NCBI GenBank assembly: GCA_028534125.1
Contig: CM052817.1
Coordinates: forward strand, 83,950,001-84,014,000
Length of the DNA stretch: 64,000 nucleotides
Direction: 5' to 3'
From: Lama glama
Lineage: Eukaryota
Position numbers and translations under genes: made by a program
The notes under the pieces: generated by a model
What the model saw: the letters and a program-made list of their open reading frames with translations, nothing else
What the model was told of the DNA's origin: nothing
The model's database searches: none
Shown here: positions 48,363 to 63,240 of the stretch, one piece after another
Position numbering within the stretch: position 1 is the first letter of the stretch
How the letters are laid out: each line of letters opens with the position of its first letter

Positions 48363-51215
48363 CACGCTTAGGTTATTTTAAAATTCATAGGTAACTGTTA
48401 AGGGTATGTAAGTCACAGATGAATGGAGCTAATGATGGAATGACAGGCACTGGGGTGACTCTTTTGGGATAAAAGGAGATTCTTTTCATACAGCCTTAAA
48501 TCACATCATGAAGTTTACCCTCCTTGATCTGTAAGGATATTGTATTGACTGCAAAACTTGTGTCCTACTCGTTTGGTCCTGCTTCCATTGTGTTTTCAGT
48601 TTTTTGATTTGCAAAATGAGGTGATTAATACCCATGTAAGAAGATTATTGTCAGGATTAAAGAGATGCCATATGTAAAATGTCTAGACCGGCGCCTAGCA
48701 CATAGCAGGTGCCAAGAGCCATCCTGGGAGAGCATCAGAGATGAGATCCCATAATTAACTTCATAAATTTCTGATATGATGGGTGTTATTTACATAATGG
48801 CGTCTAGTAGTTTAAAAACTTTTTTTTTTAAATTGAACTCTCCAAATTCTAGTGTCATAGGGCTCTGAATACCCTGCCCAAGTTGATGTAGATAAGAGCC
48901 CAAATAAGTGGTAGCCATTGTTATTTTCCTGTTGCTCTTTAAAAGGAGGTGAGGGCAACACTGCCATTGTGAGGATTGATTATTCTCCAGGATTGGGCCA
49001 GAAAGTTCCAATCTCCATGGCGAGGCTGTTTGCTGGGCAATGCTGTACAACTGCTTGGATTGATGCCAGTCTAACTGATTTGTTTTAAAGGCCAGAAAAA
49101 CTTGAGCCATGGGCATAATAACTACATGTTCTGATCATGTTTATCCTCAAATTGTTCCTTTCTGTAAACAATAGCAGGAAAAGTGTTAGACGGGGGTGGG
49201 GTGGTAGATTTCAAAAGAGTGGAGATCAGATCTCCATAGTTCCCAGCTTTACTCCTGTGTCATAATGAAAACTTAACCTTTCCAGCTTCATTTTCTCACC
49301 TTTGAAGTGATAGTGTGGATTAGAGTATCTTTAAGGATCCTCTAGGATCTAAGGACCTTTATTCTATTATAACCCAAACATAACTGAAGTTCCACATGAC
49401 TCAGTCTCAGTGCAAGAATAATTTAAAGAAATGGTGTAGTTCCCCAAAAAGTAATTAGAGTTCTTAAAATATTTTGCTACTTTCTTAATAACCTGCCTAA
49501 ATGGGATGTGCATTTTTCTGGGAGGGTACTCTTTTTAAAAAATAGCCTTGTTGAGGTACAGTTCACATTACCATACAATTCACCCATCTAAAGCATACAG
49601 TTTAATAGGTTTTAGTATGTGTTATGCATTATTAATATAGAAAGAGCATCTTAAAATCTCTGTAGTTCACTGTTATCCTCATTCCCTTCCCTCTGGACAT
49701 CAGGTGCTCCCCTAAGCTCTGAATCTCCAGCCGACACTTTACAATCCTCCTGACACACATTTCATGTGATTGCCTGGTCTCTCTCCCTCCTTCCTCCTCT
49801 TGCCACCTCTGTCAACTCTTTAATATATAAATCAACTGGGACTTGTCCATTTTTGTATTTTCTCTGTATCTGTTCCTTATTCAGATTCAAAGGAACAAAG
49901 AAGAGTCCAAGAGCAACCTGGACAGGTAAGAAAATTAATTTTCCCTTAGACATACAAGAGGGGCACAGGGTCTGGAAGAATTACTATAAAGTCTCACATG
50001 AAACTATTCTTATATCTGTTGCACTATGGGCACACCATGACTTGTTCTTCCACTTGTTTTTCCTTTCAGCACTTGCAGTTGGCTTTGTTATCATGCATAG
50101 AAAAGTGCAGTGCTTTTTCTGAGGAAGGTTTACAGTTTAGGGGACAAACTGTTGAATTAGTTTTCTGCAGATGACTCTGTTTCCACTTGTCTTATTTGTA
50201 CTGTAAAAATTGCCAGGCTGTCCTCACATTGGTTTGGTTTTCCCTTCTACCTAAAGGGGGTGAGGCTCTTGATAGCATCTCTGGGAGGATGATGCAGATG
50301 TGTCCAGGCAGTGACAGGCTTGCCTTTGGCTATAGTGGCAGGTTCTTGCCTAATAAGGCCATACCATGCTGCTCAGCTCACTGGGAAGTCATCTTGTGCA
50401 TTGGGAAAATTTCACTGTGATCCAGTTCACTCAGTGTGTTGTTTTACTGAATTTCATACTGATAAAAATTAGTTAAAGAAAAATATTAAACACTTACTGT
50501 GTTCAAAATATGCCCTAAATATTCTGTGTAATGCATGGTCCCAAAACTCATGCAGTTTTAAAATGGAGAACTATGTATAAGCTCATTGAAGATTATTGTA
50601 TTAGACCTAAAATGACACTTACCTTTTAGGACACCTTTAATTCTTTTTTTAATGGGAAATATCTTTGTAATAGATTGATTATTAAATAATACATTGTTTC
50701 CAAAAAAATTTTGAAATACATAGATGTATAAAGGGGAAAGTATAAAGGATGAAAAATTCTGCTTCCTAGAAATAACTACTGTTAAAGAGTTTTGATGAAC
50801 ATTCTTTGAGCCATCTTGCTATGCATACACACACACACACATATTATACACACATAATTTTACATAAGCTGATTTATAATATATTTACTATTTGTACAAC
50901 CTGCCTTTTTTCATTCAGAAATTGTCAGGAAATGGTTTCTCTATCAATAAATGTAGACCAACATCATTATACTTAATTAGAGCAGAGTATTCAGTTTTAT
51001 CACCACAGTTTATTTAACCAATCCCCTATTAATGGAAATTTTAAATTATTTTCTGTTCTTTAAAATATTATAAATAATGATTGCATGTGTGTCCAGTTAT
51101 GTCCTTAGCATAAATTACCTGAAGGTCAAATTGCTGGGTCAAAGGATATGAGCATTTAAACTTTTAATATGTAATGCCACACTCCCCTCAAAAACCAGAG
51201 CCTTGGTTCAGATAC

Positions 51216-51627
51216 TGTTAGCCCATTGACTCACTCTGGAGGCTCCTCAGATGAAACAAGCTTACGGTCTCATGGATGTCTCTGCCAAGGTCATTCTCTT
51301 GGTCTTTGTGGAGCCCTTCCACAGTCATGGAGGCAGGAAGTGCCAGAAGTACCAGGGAGTTAATGTGACTTCTACCTGGTAAATGATGGGAATTGGTAGC
51401 TAAATGCCCCAGTTTCTTTGCCTCTTGGTGGGACTCTTCTAAGGTGTGTAATACACAATCCTTGGAGGAATTCAGTCTGTTGCCTGTAGTGATTATCTTG
51501 CTCATTAACTCACTTGCTTGCTTTCCTCCCTTAGTGACTGACTTCCCCACTCTTTTTCTTGGCTTCCTGGGTTTGTACTCAAATCCTAGTCTCAGGGTCT
51601 GCTTTTGGGGGAAGCCAAATGAAGACA
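51216..51627 (+). mobile_element. LTR16-like ERVL LTR
   Basis: TG start, 3' end CAAATCCTAGTCTCAGGGTCTGCTTTTGGGGGAAGCCAAATGAAGACA. Confidence 0.75.
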
Positions 51628-51650
51628 TCCTTCATATTACAGATGAAAAG

Positions 51651-52249
51651 TGTGGTAGGCACAATGATGGGCCCCCAAAGATGCCCACATCTTAACTCCT
51701 GGAACCTGGAAAATGTTACCTTACATGGCAACAGGGATCCTGCAGAGTTAATCACATGGTAAGAACCTTGAGATGGGGAAATTATCCTGGATTATCCTAG
51801 TGGCCCTGATATAATCACAAGAGTTCTTAAAAGTGAAAGAGGGAGACAGAAAAGGAGAGTCAGAAGGAAATGTGAAGAACAGAGAGATGCAGCGTTACTG
51901 GTTTTGAAGATGAAAGAAGACAGCCATGAACCAAGAACTGTGGGCAGCCTCCAGAAGCTGGAAAAGGCAAGGGAACGGATTCTACCATAGAGCATCCAGA
52001 AAGGACCCAGCCCTTCCGACACCTTGATTCTAGCCCACTAAGACCCACTTTGGACTTCTAACCTGAAGAACTGGAGTTTAATAAATTTGTGCCAAAAATT
52101 TGTGAAACCTGTTTTTTTAAAAATATTTTTTATTGAGTTATAGTCATTTTTCAATGTTGTGTCAAATTCCAGTGTAGAGCACAAATTTTCAGTTATACAT
52201 AAACATACATTTGTGAAACCTGTTAATGGCAGCAATGGAAAACTAATGA
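51651..52249 (+). mobile_element. MLT1C/D-like MaLR LTR
   Basis: TGTGGTAGGCACAATGATGGGCCCCCAAAGATG...AGAAGCTGGAAAAGGCAAGG...GCAGCAATGGAAAACTAAT. Confidence 0.88.
52114..52208 (-). mobile_element. Very short L1 3'-end insertion nested in the MLT1 LTR
   Basis: 95 bp of the same L1 3'UTR family. Perfect 16-bp TSD ATTTGTGAAACCTGTT (52098-52113, 52209-52224). Confidence 0.92.
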
Positions 52250-54097
52250 AAAAAAAAAAGTTAAACAATACAAGGCAGCTGACGCCAGAAGCCTCATCTG
52301 GCAGTGCTTATGATCCCAAAGGAGGGGCATGAACAGTGAGAGTCAGAGAAGGAGGAAGTCATGAAATGTGTTCCTTCCTCTTGAGTGCAGTCATAGTTTG
52401 TTGAAGGGTAAGTTTAGGGTGGGTGACTCAATGACCACTAAACATAGGCCTGTGGCTGAGGGTTTGTCTGGGTTTAAATTTACTTGAAAATTCTGTCAGG
52501 CTTTAAAAAATTTAGTGTGCATAAAAATTATCTGGGAAAATAAAAGTTAAAGATCTTCTGGGGGTTTTGTTAAAAATGCAGATTTGGGATCTTATTTTCA
52601 GAGGTTTTGATTCAAAGGTTTGAAATAGAGCCCAGGAATTTACACTTAAAAAGTAGGTTATTCTGGCACATGTTGTTTTTGGGACTCTTCTATTAGAAAC
52701 CCCTGCTCCTTGGTGGCTGGGATGGGGTCTCCACGGCACCTGCTTTTTCAGGTAGGTTGTGGAGGTAGGGTCAGAAGAGAAGGGAATCATGAGAAATTAT
52801 CTATTATTGTGTCACGTGCAAAAATCCTGGTTTAGTTTCTGTTTGGGAAAGTCAGTCACAACAGTAATTAGACTTAACTGAAGCCTAATTCTAATAGATG
52901 GAAGTGGCTTATGTCACCAAAGACAGAGAATCTGGGCGTGTGGACCCTTGTGGATCATTTGGTCTTATGGTTGGTTTGCTTGCAGTAGCATTTCCTCATT
53001 TGGCTAATGGGCATATCATTTCCAGATGACCTTGGAGAGCCAGAGCAGTTCAGCTCTCACTCACTGGAAGAAGCACACTCAAACATTTGGAATAGCCTAA
53101 GGATTACAGATGTGCCGAAGGGTGTCTTGGATCTCCTCCAGTGAGGGCCATGGAGGTCACTTGAAAAGAATGCTTGCATTTGCCTCATGCCTTTTTGAAG
53201 GAGAGTCTGTGCTTGTCTAGCTCCATGCAGCTCTCTGAAATGTCAGAAGATAAGAAATGCCTCTCAGCACTAAGGCTTCCAAACACATATGTGACAAGAA
53301 ATTTGGCATCAGCTTTACAAGTGTCAGATGTCTAGGATAAAGCAATATGGGTATAGTATTTCTCGTGCTATTTTGGTACCTTGTGCATGAGCCTGCAGCA
53401 TTAGAAAAACTGCTTTTCAGCTTTGGGTGATAGCCTCACTGGCTCTTGGTGTGCATGTCTGAAAGTACAGTTGGGTCACAAACTAGTGATGGGCCACAGC
53501 AAGTCACCTACAGTCATGGTGCCAGTCTTCGAGGGAGTGCCCTTAGGGACCTGGGCATACTACAGCCAGTGACTTGGGTGGTACAGCCAGAGCCTCTCAT
53601 CAGATGGTGCCTTGTAAACATTAATCAACTTTCACAGCACCCACATGAAATTGGTAAACACTTATCCTCACTTTTTAGAGAACTAAAGCATAAAGAAGTC
53701 TAACTGACAGGGTCACAGACTTAGTTGGTCTCCTTATCTTATTATTTAATGATACCAGGTGAATAATTTCAGAACAGATTTCTACTTTATATAATTTAGG
53801 GAATATGTCTCCTGGTGAGAGAGCATTTTTGGCAGTTGTAACTCCCTTAAAGACTTGAAGTTCCCAGTCTGGCTGTTCATTGGTTGGGAGCAAATGCCTG
53901 GGGCACTTGGCTTAACAACTGTCATAAGTGGTGTCAAAAAACGTGTAAGAAATAACAAAATATGTTAATGTAGTGAGGTTGTTACAGCATAATACCCAAA
54001 TAGGAATATTGTATATAAAATCTAACTGGTAATACACCCCTCTCACCCAAGGTATTTGACACTGTCTGGTTCCTCTTTTAATTTAATGTAATTTAAT

Positions 54098-54099
54098 TT

Positions 54100-54138
<39 letters not shown>

Positions 54139-54141
54139 TTT
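54098..54141. repeat. (TTTA)n microsatellite
   Basis: Direct read. Confidence 0.95.
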
Positions 54142-56279
54142 GTCCAGTAATAAGCTGTGGACCCATAGTTTAAGAACTGAAAGTGGCAAATCCCCTGAAT
54201 GATTCAAATGTGGTAAAAGAAGACCTATGAGAAAAGATGAAAGCATTGTTCTTAACTTGTAGAAAGAAGGTTGATGAAAAATTACGTGGTCTGTAAATAT
54301 ATCACAAAGTATTATTTTGTAAAAGTCAATTTAATTATCTATTGATGAGAAAACTTGAAAAAAGTGGGTCTATTCCAGAGCATGAAAGGTTTAAAGAGTC
54401 ATAAGAAAGAGTTTTCTGTTGTGGAGGATGGTTAAGAACCAGAATCTGCTACCCAGAAAAGAATTGCCCTTTTCTGAAGGTCTCATATGGGTAGGCTAAA
54501 TCAGCCAGGCATGGCTAGTCAGCAGAGTTAATGGCTTCACGTGATGTCCCTTGTATCCTAAGTGGGCTGCCTGGTAGTGATGGTAGTCAGATTTTCTTTT
54601 TCTTTCAAATTTTTAGTTTGAAATAATTTTAGACTTACAGAAGAATTGCAAAAGTAGTATGTAGAACTCCCATATATCCTTTACCCAGCTTCTCATAATG
54701 TTAACATTTTACATGACCATGGTAAAATTATCAAAACTAAGAAATTAATATCACTACCAAACAGGGATAGGGATTTTGAGGAGAGGCAGAACAGGTAGAG
54801 CTATGGATAGCTACAAATCCTTCAGTGGAACAGATCACTTTTATTTGTTTGATATGTTGGAATTTCACATGAGACTTTGTTTAAGCAAGTGATCCAGTTG
54901 CAAAAAAACCAAAAAACCCCACAGATCTAGGAAGAGGGGTAGTTAGACTGACTGCTACTACTAAGATTTTGTGCTTTTGGTAATTATTTCACTTGTTATA
55001 TAATTATAGGGTTAATGTGTTTGGTAAAGACATTTATTACTATAACTCAATGGTACATAGACTTTTTGTTGTTGTTTTTTAAATCTTTTTCAGGCTTGTC
55101 TTGCCTCAAGCAGAATCTTTATACCCGCTTTCTCCCCAGCACCAAAAATGACTCCTGGCCCATAGTCTATGCTTAATTAATGTTTGTTCATTGAATCAAA
55201 TTGGCATATTCACCATTTTTCTCAGTTTTTCATATGGCTTGCTCCTTATGCAAATATCTGGTCCCTGACCACCCTAACTAAAATAACACTACTTTTCTCT
55301 CTTTCTCACTCTTTATACTCTATGCTATTTTTTCCTTTTATTCAGAGTTTTTTCACTGCCTAGAAGATAATTTGTTTGTTAATATGTTTGTTAAAAGTGT
55401 ATGATCTATTTCCTACTAACAGTAAGCTCTTTTAGCACAATGACCTTGTCTTGTTTTTATTGAATTCCTCTGCCTGGAATGGTATCTGGTAGCTGGGAGT
55501 TTACGTGAAACACTCGTTAGAAGAGTGAATGAAAGCAGACGTGGTCACCTGTACTTTGAAGATACAAATAATCAACTTCAGAAAGCTTCACTGAAGCATC
55601 TGAATTTACAATTTGTGTATATGAAAACAGTTTGGCTATTTTTTCAACCAGATCATTGTATTTATAAATTTCCTTATGCCTCTCACTGATGTTGGAAAAT
55701 CATTTCTTATTTTAACCTCAGATAGTGATACTGAATCTGGTAACCCCATAGGCATATTTTTGAAAGAAAAAGGATAAATTCTGTTAAACCCTTTGAGCTC
55801 TAAAAAGATAACTACATTCAAGAGAGGTATATTGTCATTATTAATTAGTGTTATGCAAAAGAATCGCACAGCCCTATCAGTGTCATGGGAATCATACCAC
55901 CCACCAGATTCATAGACACTCAGATCCCATAATGAATGAATTAAATGAGTTAAAAATAATTCAGAATATTATGCATGTGGGCATCCCACCATATGACAAC
56001 TGGGCCATTACTTAGGTCCAGCATCATCTGTACCCAGAACAATTCAAATGTTCTTTTTATCTGTCTATATGGATGTAAGTGAAGCAGATAATTCATATAT
56101 ATATCTGCTATTTAAAAAAAATACTCTTTTTGCACAAAGGAAAAAAAAATCCTTATTGTGACTCAGTTGTGCAAGGTTTTGGAGAGGGCGGTTTAGGGCA
56201 GCTGATTCTGGAGCTCTGTGGTTTCATCATGGCATTTACGGTTTAAGAGCTAGATAGAGGCTTCCCATTCTATTCTGAG

Positions 56280-56768
56280 TGTGGTAGGCAGAAAAACGGC
56301 CTCCAAAAGTGTCATGTCCTAATCCTTGGAACCTGTGAATATATTAGGTTACATGAGAAAACGGAATTAAGTTTCACATAAAGGTAATATTGCTGATCAG
56401 CTGACCTTGAAATGGGAAAATTATCCTAAATTATCTGGGTGGGCCCGCAGTAATCAGAGGGTTTTTAAAAGTGAAAGAAGGAGGCAGAAGAAAGTGTCAG
56501 AGTGCTGTTATGTGAGAAAGAATAGCCATTGCTGGCTTTGAAGTTGAAAGAGGGTCATGAGCCAAACTCTAAGGCAACCCCTAGAAGCTAGAAAAGGCAA
56601 GAAAATGGATTCTCCCCTAGAGCCTCCAGAAAGGAATGCAGCCTAGGTTTTAGCCCAGTGAGACCCATTTCTGACTTCCAGCCTCTAGAACTGAGGTAAT
56701 AGATTTGTGTTACTTTAAGCCACCAAGTTTGTTGTAATTTGTTACAGTAGCAGTAGGAAACTAGTGAA
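56280..56768 (+). mobile_element. MLT1D-like MaLR LTR
   Basis: TGTGGTAGGCAGAAAAACGGCCTCCAAAAG...GATTCTCCCCTAGAGCCTCCAGAA...GTTACAGTAGCAGTAGGAAACTA. Confidence 0.88.
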
Positions 56769-59044
56769 AAAGTCTCATTCATACCCCTGTAAGACCCTCC
56801 ATAATGTGAAACCACTAGGCCTACCCAAATTTACCTGCCTTTCCTCTCACATTTCTGCTCTTCTGCTCCAGTGAAATCTGTTTCCTCCCTCCACGTACAC
56901 TGTGCTCATTCTCACCCCTTAGTTGTTCACCCAATGAACTGTTCACTCATTTTATGATTGAGGAAGAATGTCATCCTCTTGCTGGAATGGATCTGTGTGA
57001 ACATGACTTATTCTTCCCATGAACTACGAGATCAACCTTGTTGGCCCAGAATCTTCAGATGCCCAGATGTCAAAAGATTTTAACCAAGATGAATTGAATT
57101 TCTGCCATGTGGCAGCGCTGATGTCATGAAGATGAGAAGATTAAAGGGCTTATTTTTATGGGCACATATGTTGACTAGTTGAAGAGAGATACACTGAAGC
57201 AGTTACAAAGCAACATGCCATATCCTATAACTGAAATATGTTCAGAGTTCTGGAGGAATGGAGGGAAAGGAACGACTTGACTGTTTAATAGGGTGGGCAT
57301 GAGGATCACAGATTGAATTTTGGTTAAACTACTCATAAGGGGATGTGTGAGATCACTCATGAATGATGAATGATGAGGCAGCAAAAATATTCAAGGCCTC
57401 TGCTTCAGTTATGGCATAGGCATGCTCCATAAGTCTCAGAAAAGTTTTTAAGATTTTTTTTGCTTTGCCTTTGGAAATAATAGTTGGCAAGATCTAACTG
57501 AGGTACAGAATAAAGATGGTAACAGGACCCACAGAGACAGATCTGAAGCCCTGGCGTTGCTTTCAGAGGGCACCAGCATAGCCTGGCCAGTGCAGCAGTC
57601 CCTGAGTCATTGTGGATGCAGGCAGATCAAGATTAACATGAGCAAATGAAGTGATTCCAATGACATTAACTTACTGATTGCAGTTAAGTGCACTGCTTGT
57701 TCAACAATTCTTCAGTAGACTGAAAAATATTTAATTAAAGTAATGGGAAACTGAGAACATTTCTTATTCATGATATTACAAAAATACATTTCTCATGCCT
57801 TCAACTAATAGCTCTATGTTTATGATTCTCAAATTTATCTAACTCTAGTCATTAATTCTCACTTTTACTCTAGTTCCTGATTGAAAACCTCCTACAAGAC
57901 ATTTCTAATTAGAAGTTCTGTCAATACATCAGTGTTTACATTCCTAAAATCAAATTAATATATCCAAGAACCCCAGTAAACTTTCCTCAAATCTTAGTTT
58001 CTATTATGGATATCACTCATGTTATAGTTCCCAATATTTTCCAATTCAAGAATAAGTTACAGCAGAAAAAATGCTGGAATAGTTGTTAGCATTGAGGGGT
58101 TTTGTTTAGATTCTGCTGCTCACACATACATACTTTTGGGTAATTCCCATAACCTTCAGGATCTGCCTCCTCATGTGCAAAATGAAACGCCTGGGCTGGA
58201 GGCTGGATGAATCACTCATTTACTTAACACACACTTTTTTAGCATTTACGATGTGATGGTCAGTCATTAACAGAGCCCAGTGTGGGGCTATGACATTGGC
58301 TGAGCCAGGCACAGATCCTGACGTCACAGACCTATTCTCTAAACGTCTCCTGCACCTCTCTCTCACTAAGCCCATTGGTTCTGTCCTCACAGTTTCTCTG
58401 CGTGGGCTCTTGCTTCTGTCTCCTGCTGCTATCACTTTAGTGAAGGAGGGCTCTTGCCGCCTCGTGCTGGGGTGCCTGTCCTAGTCTCCTCCCTGTCTCT
58501 CTCCATTCTCCCCACACTAAGCCACGCAACACAGTGCCCTCTTAACAGATAATTCTCCTCCTCTAAAATCTAATGCTTCCTATTGCCTCTCATAAATGAT
58601 GTATCATTTTTTAGACTATTGTGAAGGGTCTCCCATAATTTATCCTTACTTCACAACTAATTTTATCTTTATTGTCACCATGAAGTCTTTAGTCAGGCCA
58701 GTCTCCTCATTCTTCCCCAGACAAGGCTCATGTCTACATCTTTGCACTTGCTGAGTCTCCCTCCTGAGACACTTCCTCCCACCTCTCTCCTGACTAGCCC
58801 TTCTCCCTCAAGGCTCAGTGAAGGCCCCAAATTCTTTAGGAAGGCTTCTCCAGAATGCACAGGCCACTGTCTCCACTCTCTCATTTATCTTTCAAGACCC
58901 TGAGTGTATATTTTGGACATTTGACTACAGAATACTGTAGCATCCTCATTTGTTAAATGTGTAGCTTGAATACTTTTGGGAGCTCTTTAAGCACAGGTAC
59001 AGTCAGGCATTTTTTCATGGCCCAGTTCAGGTTCAGGAACATGG

Positions 59045-59920
59045 GAGTCAAGGTTAAGACTGTGCTCTTGTAAGTCTGGCTGCCTGAGTTCTTAACATGG
59101 CTTCGTGTTTTCCTAGCTGTGTGATCATGGGCAATTTACTTATCTTCTCTAAGATTTCCATTTTCTTATTTGCAAAATTGAGACAGCTGTATTACCTGCC
59201 CCAGTTACTCACCAGTTAATGTATTACTAGTTTCTTACTAGTTAATATGGGCAAGAGTTTAGAACAGATCTTGGAATGTAGTGAGTGCTCAAGAAGTATT
59301 AGCTATTATTATTTCATTTGATTATTGTTAGAATTAAATGGGATAATTCATGCAAAACCCTCAGCATAATGCCTGGCTTGTAAGTGTTCAGTAAATATTA
59401 ACTCTTGTTATTATTACTCTATTTAGTGGGTGAGAAGGCTTTGGGGAAAAGAAAGTGGCAATAGTCATAATTATTGTCAAATATATAAAATTTATGAGGT
59501 AGCATTATAATGACCTCTATTTTTTTGAAGGTGAAGAAACTGAGGTTTAGACAGGTTAAGTAATTTGATGCGATCACACACCTAGAAAGTGATGAAACAG
59601 ATTAGACACCCAAGAAGCTCAACTGCAGAATCTGTACCTTTTAAACCATTATTCTTATGCCTCTGGTCCTGGACTAAGCAGTGGAAGAAATTTTGATGGT
59701 AGTGAAAATGAACATGGAATTTGGGTTTTCACAGTCCTGTTTCCCATCTTGGCTTTACCACTTAGCTGGGCAAGCTATTTAATCCTTCAGAGGTTATGTT
59801 TCCTTATCTGTAAGATGGGGACAGTAATACCTCCTTCGTATGATTGTGGTGGGAATTAAAGACGTAACATAAGTAAAGCTTCCAGCACAGGGCCTGGCCT
59901 TTGGTAGGTATTCAGTACGT
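59045..59920. mobile_element. Cluster of 3-4 MIR fragments in mixed orientation
   Basis: MIR heads/cores at ~59050 (+), ~59330 (+), ~59490-59660 (-) and ~59700 (+). Confidence 0.75.
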
Positions 59921-62900
59921 TTTGGGCTCCTTCTTTCTCTCCCTTTTGAAAACTTGAGCTAAAGGTTATTCTTTTTAGCACCTTTAATTAGTCTGTGAAA
60001 TGAATTAAAATGCAACATAGCAACCAGATAAGCAGCCTGTAAGACTCGGCATTCCATTGCCCTGACTTTGTGTTATAAATAACCAAACATGGCTGGTATT
60101 CACAACATGGGAACACCTGGCACAACTTATTCATGACCGCTGTCAGTGCAGTGTTCCTAATTAGATAGAGTTCTTTCTACAAGTTGTGGCACGTTCCGGT
60201 AGGGAAAATCTTTTGCCAAGCAGGTGGGGGTGAGTAAAGAATTTGAAACTGCAAATATAGTCTGAGTTGGGAATGCTGGGGTGTGCATGTGAGGAGCAGA
60301 GAATGCTGAGACTTTGAGCAAGCATTTCAGTGAGCCTTTTGAAGGTCATATCCCTCTTTGATGAGTATGCCACTGGAATTTTCCAAGGATTGTTTTACTT
60401 TAGTCTTTGGACTGAGTTGGTGGTGACACAACCTGTGGCTGAAAATAGCAAGAATAATTTGATTAGAGACAACATTAGTGCCCCCAAGATGTTAATTAAA
60501 GCCAGCTACTAGGAATTCATAGGTAGGGATTCCCTTCCCAAATTTGATTCCTAAGTAGGCACAAGTTATATGATATGTTTCAACAGCCAGTAGAGAAAAC
60601 ATCAGCCTCTTGCATATGTTGTAACCTTCAAGTAGGCAGTACAGAGGCTACACTTTCCTTTTCTTCCTTTTAAAAATTTAATCAAGACGTGTTATCTTAC
60701 ACAGAGTGGATGATCCCCTGTGACTTCACTGCTCCCTCTGAGTGACAACTGCTGGCCAGTACAGTTAGCACCTTGGGTTTCAGTGTGCTTTCCTGTTCTG
60801 TTTCGCATCTGAGCTCTCATTTCAAAGATCTTTCATAATTGAAGTCTATCCCATTTCATGGGATTAATTTTGGAATAAAATTATTTCCTAAATATATCCT
60901 GCATAATAATTTGCATCAACATATCTGAAATATTTCACATCTGTGATAGAATGAAAGCAGTTGATCATTAAGCTTAAAACCCTCAAAATAGCTACATAAG
61001 AAAAATGTGGGTGATTTTACCAGAGAGATTAGATTAAACAAATAGTGCTCTGAATGTAGATTGTCTGAGGTCAAATTCTGGCTCTGCCATTTCTGATTGT
61101 GTCATCTTGGGCAGGCTACTTAACCTGTTTGAGCCTCATAGGGCTATCATGAGGATAAAGTGAGACAGTATATGTAAAGCCATAACAGTGCCTTGCTTGG
61201 AGCACCTCTCAATAAATGACAGCTATTTTTACTATTGTTAATATTAATATTACAACGTCTGCAAGGTTGAACTCTCCAAGAGGGAAATGAGATAGTACTT
61301 AAAAAGCCCCTACACTTGAAACTGACTAAACATATCCTTTTGAAGACATATACTTATCTGTAAAGAAAATGGTTAGATGGAGAAGCCTGAGATTCTTTTT
61401 CCGCCCTTTAAATGGCTGGGAGAACCACCCACAAGGGGAGAAAAGAAATAGGGGAAGCTGGTTGTTGGTCTTGTCATCTCTAGTCTCTCAATTTGTCATC
61501 CAGTAAAAAGGTGATGTCACAAAAGAGAGAAATTCAAATTAGATTTGCTCAAACACCTAACTGCTTCACAAAGTCTGTGAGGATTCCATCTACCTGTCCA
61601 TCTATCTAGCCATACAAATATTTATCACCTATTATATTTCAGGAACTGAGCATTTTGCTGAGGATACAAAGATCAACAAAACCAAGTTCCATCCCTTAAG
61701 ACATTTACAGACTGATAAGAGAGACAGGAAAACAAATGGTTTTAAGGCATTTACAGACTAAGAGGGGAGACGGATTTGAAAACAAATGATTATAAAAAAT
61801 AATAGAGGAACATACAAAGTATCAAGGGAACTCTGAGGAAGATACTGTCTTTATTTGGCTCTTACTGAATTCTAGGCAGTTTGAAAATATCAGCACATCA
61901 TCGGAGTAATAACAATGGGGGAAAAAAAAGGAGATACTTTCACATGAAATGTATGTATCTGTTGTATGATGCATTCTGACTTCAGAAATGAGAATGGGTA
62001 AAAAATTTGTAACTTGCCCTTAAGAGAATATAGAAATTGGAAAATAAGATTCTTAAGAAGTCTCTCAGAGCACCCCTCCAATGTGCCTTTCTATGGAGAG
62101 ACGTGTAAGGATTTAGGAAAGGTCCTGCTAGGATTTAACCTCCTGAAGTACAGAAGATGGCACCTCCTGATGGGTGAGGACTCCAAAGGTGGCACAGAGG
62201 AGGGTGTAATTAAGCACAGAGTAGGTAGAGATGAGTGATGGGCCTGAATTCTCCACATTCCCAGCCCTAGTGAGTATTCCACATCAGAGGCTGAAAGGAA
62301 CAGCTCAGACCTCGTCCCAGGCCCTTCCCTCTCTCTTCCTAACAAGGGGGCCTCTGACCCCAGTTCAGGAAGTCAGTGTCTCAGAAATGATTAACTTATT
62401 TAGAGCCTTTCCCTGCAAAGAGGCTTGGAAGAGCCATGGGTCCAAAGTCTTTGAGATAAAGCAACTGCTGGGCTTTTGCTGGGAGGTCATCAATGCCTGA
62501 GGGTCATGTCTGATTACTTTTATACAAACGCATCCTTGCTGACTTCAGAATAAATAAAACTTCAAAGGTGATTATCCAACAGTTGTGTAGTTGGCTGTGT
62601 CCTTATGAACTATGGACAGAGGCTTGAAACAGGCAGGAGTCAGGCAACTTTCTGGACTGCAGATTAAATCTATGATTGTGTTGCTGATTTCAGTGTGATT
62701 ATGGCACCAATAAAAAGCTCTTAAATCTTCTGAAGCATGAGAGGCACATGGATGAAACAAGAGCTTTGGACAGCTACTGATTATTCTTTTATGTAGACAA
62801 ATGAACTTTGGGTAAATAACTTCTATGAGCCTATAAAAATAGTGAGAACATTTCCTGTAGTGGTTGCTGTGAATATTAAGCTATGTGATATGGCCTAGAA

Positions 62901-62994
62901 TAATGCCTGGCAAAAAAAAGGATTTACTTTTAGAGTTTCCTTGTTGATGTGGCAGCCAGTCATTAAATTCTCCAGTGATTCATTCTCAGGATAG

Positions 62995-63240
62995 AACAAT
63001 AGCAGACATTTACTGAGTGTTTACTATGTGCCAGATACTATACTGGCTGCTTTACAATGTTATCTCATTCACTCTTCATAATAAGCCTTTGAGTTAACAG
63101 TATTATCCATATTTTATAGATAAGGAAACTGAGGCTCAGACAGATTGAGTAGTTTACCTGAGTTCACAGAATGAAATATTAGAGCTAGGATTCCCTCCTA
63201 GGTAGTCTGATGCTGGAGCACATGTGTCTAGTCACACTGT
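62995..63240 (-). mobile_element. MIR SINE
   Basis: ATTTTATAGATAAGGAAACTGAGGCTCAGA core. Confidence 0.85.

Noticed and set aside
59045..59920. Inverted MIRs as a dsRNA hairpin
   Set aside because: Copies are too diverged for stable pairing, and there is no evidence of transcription.
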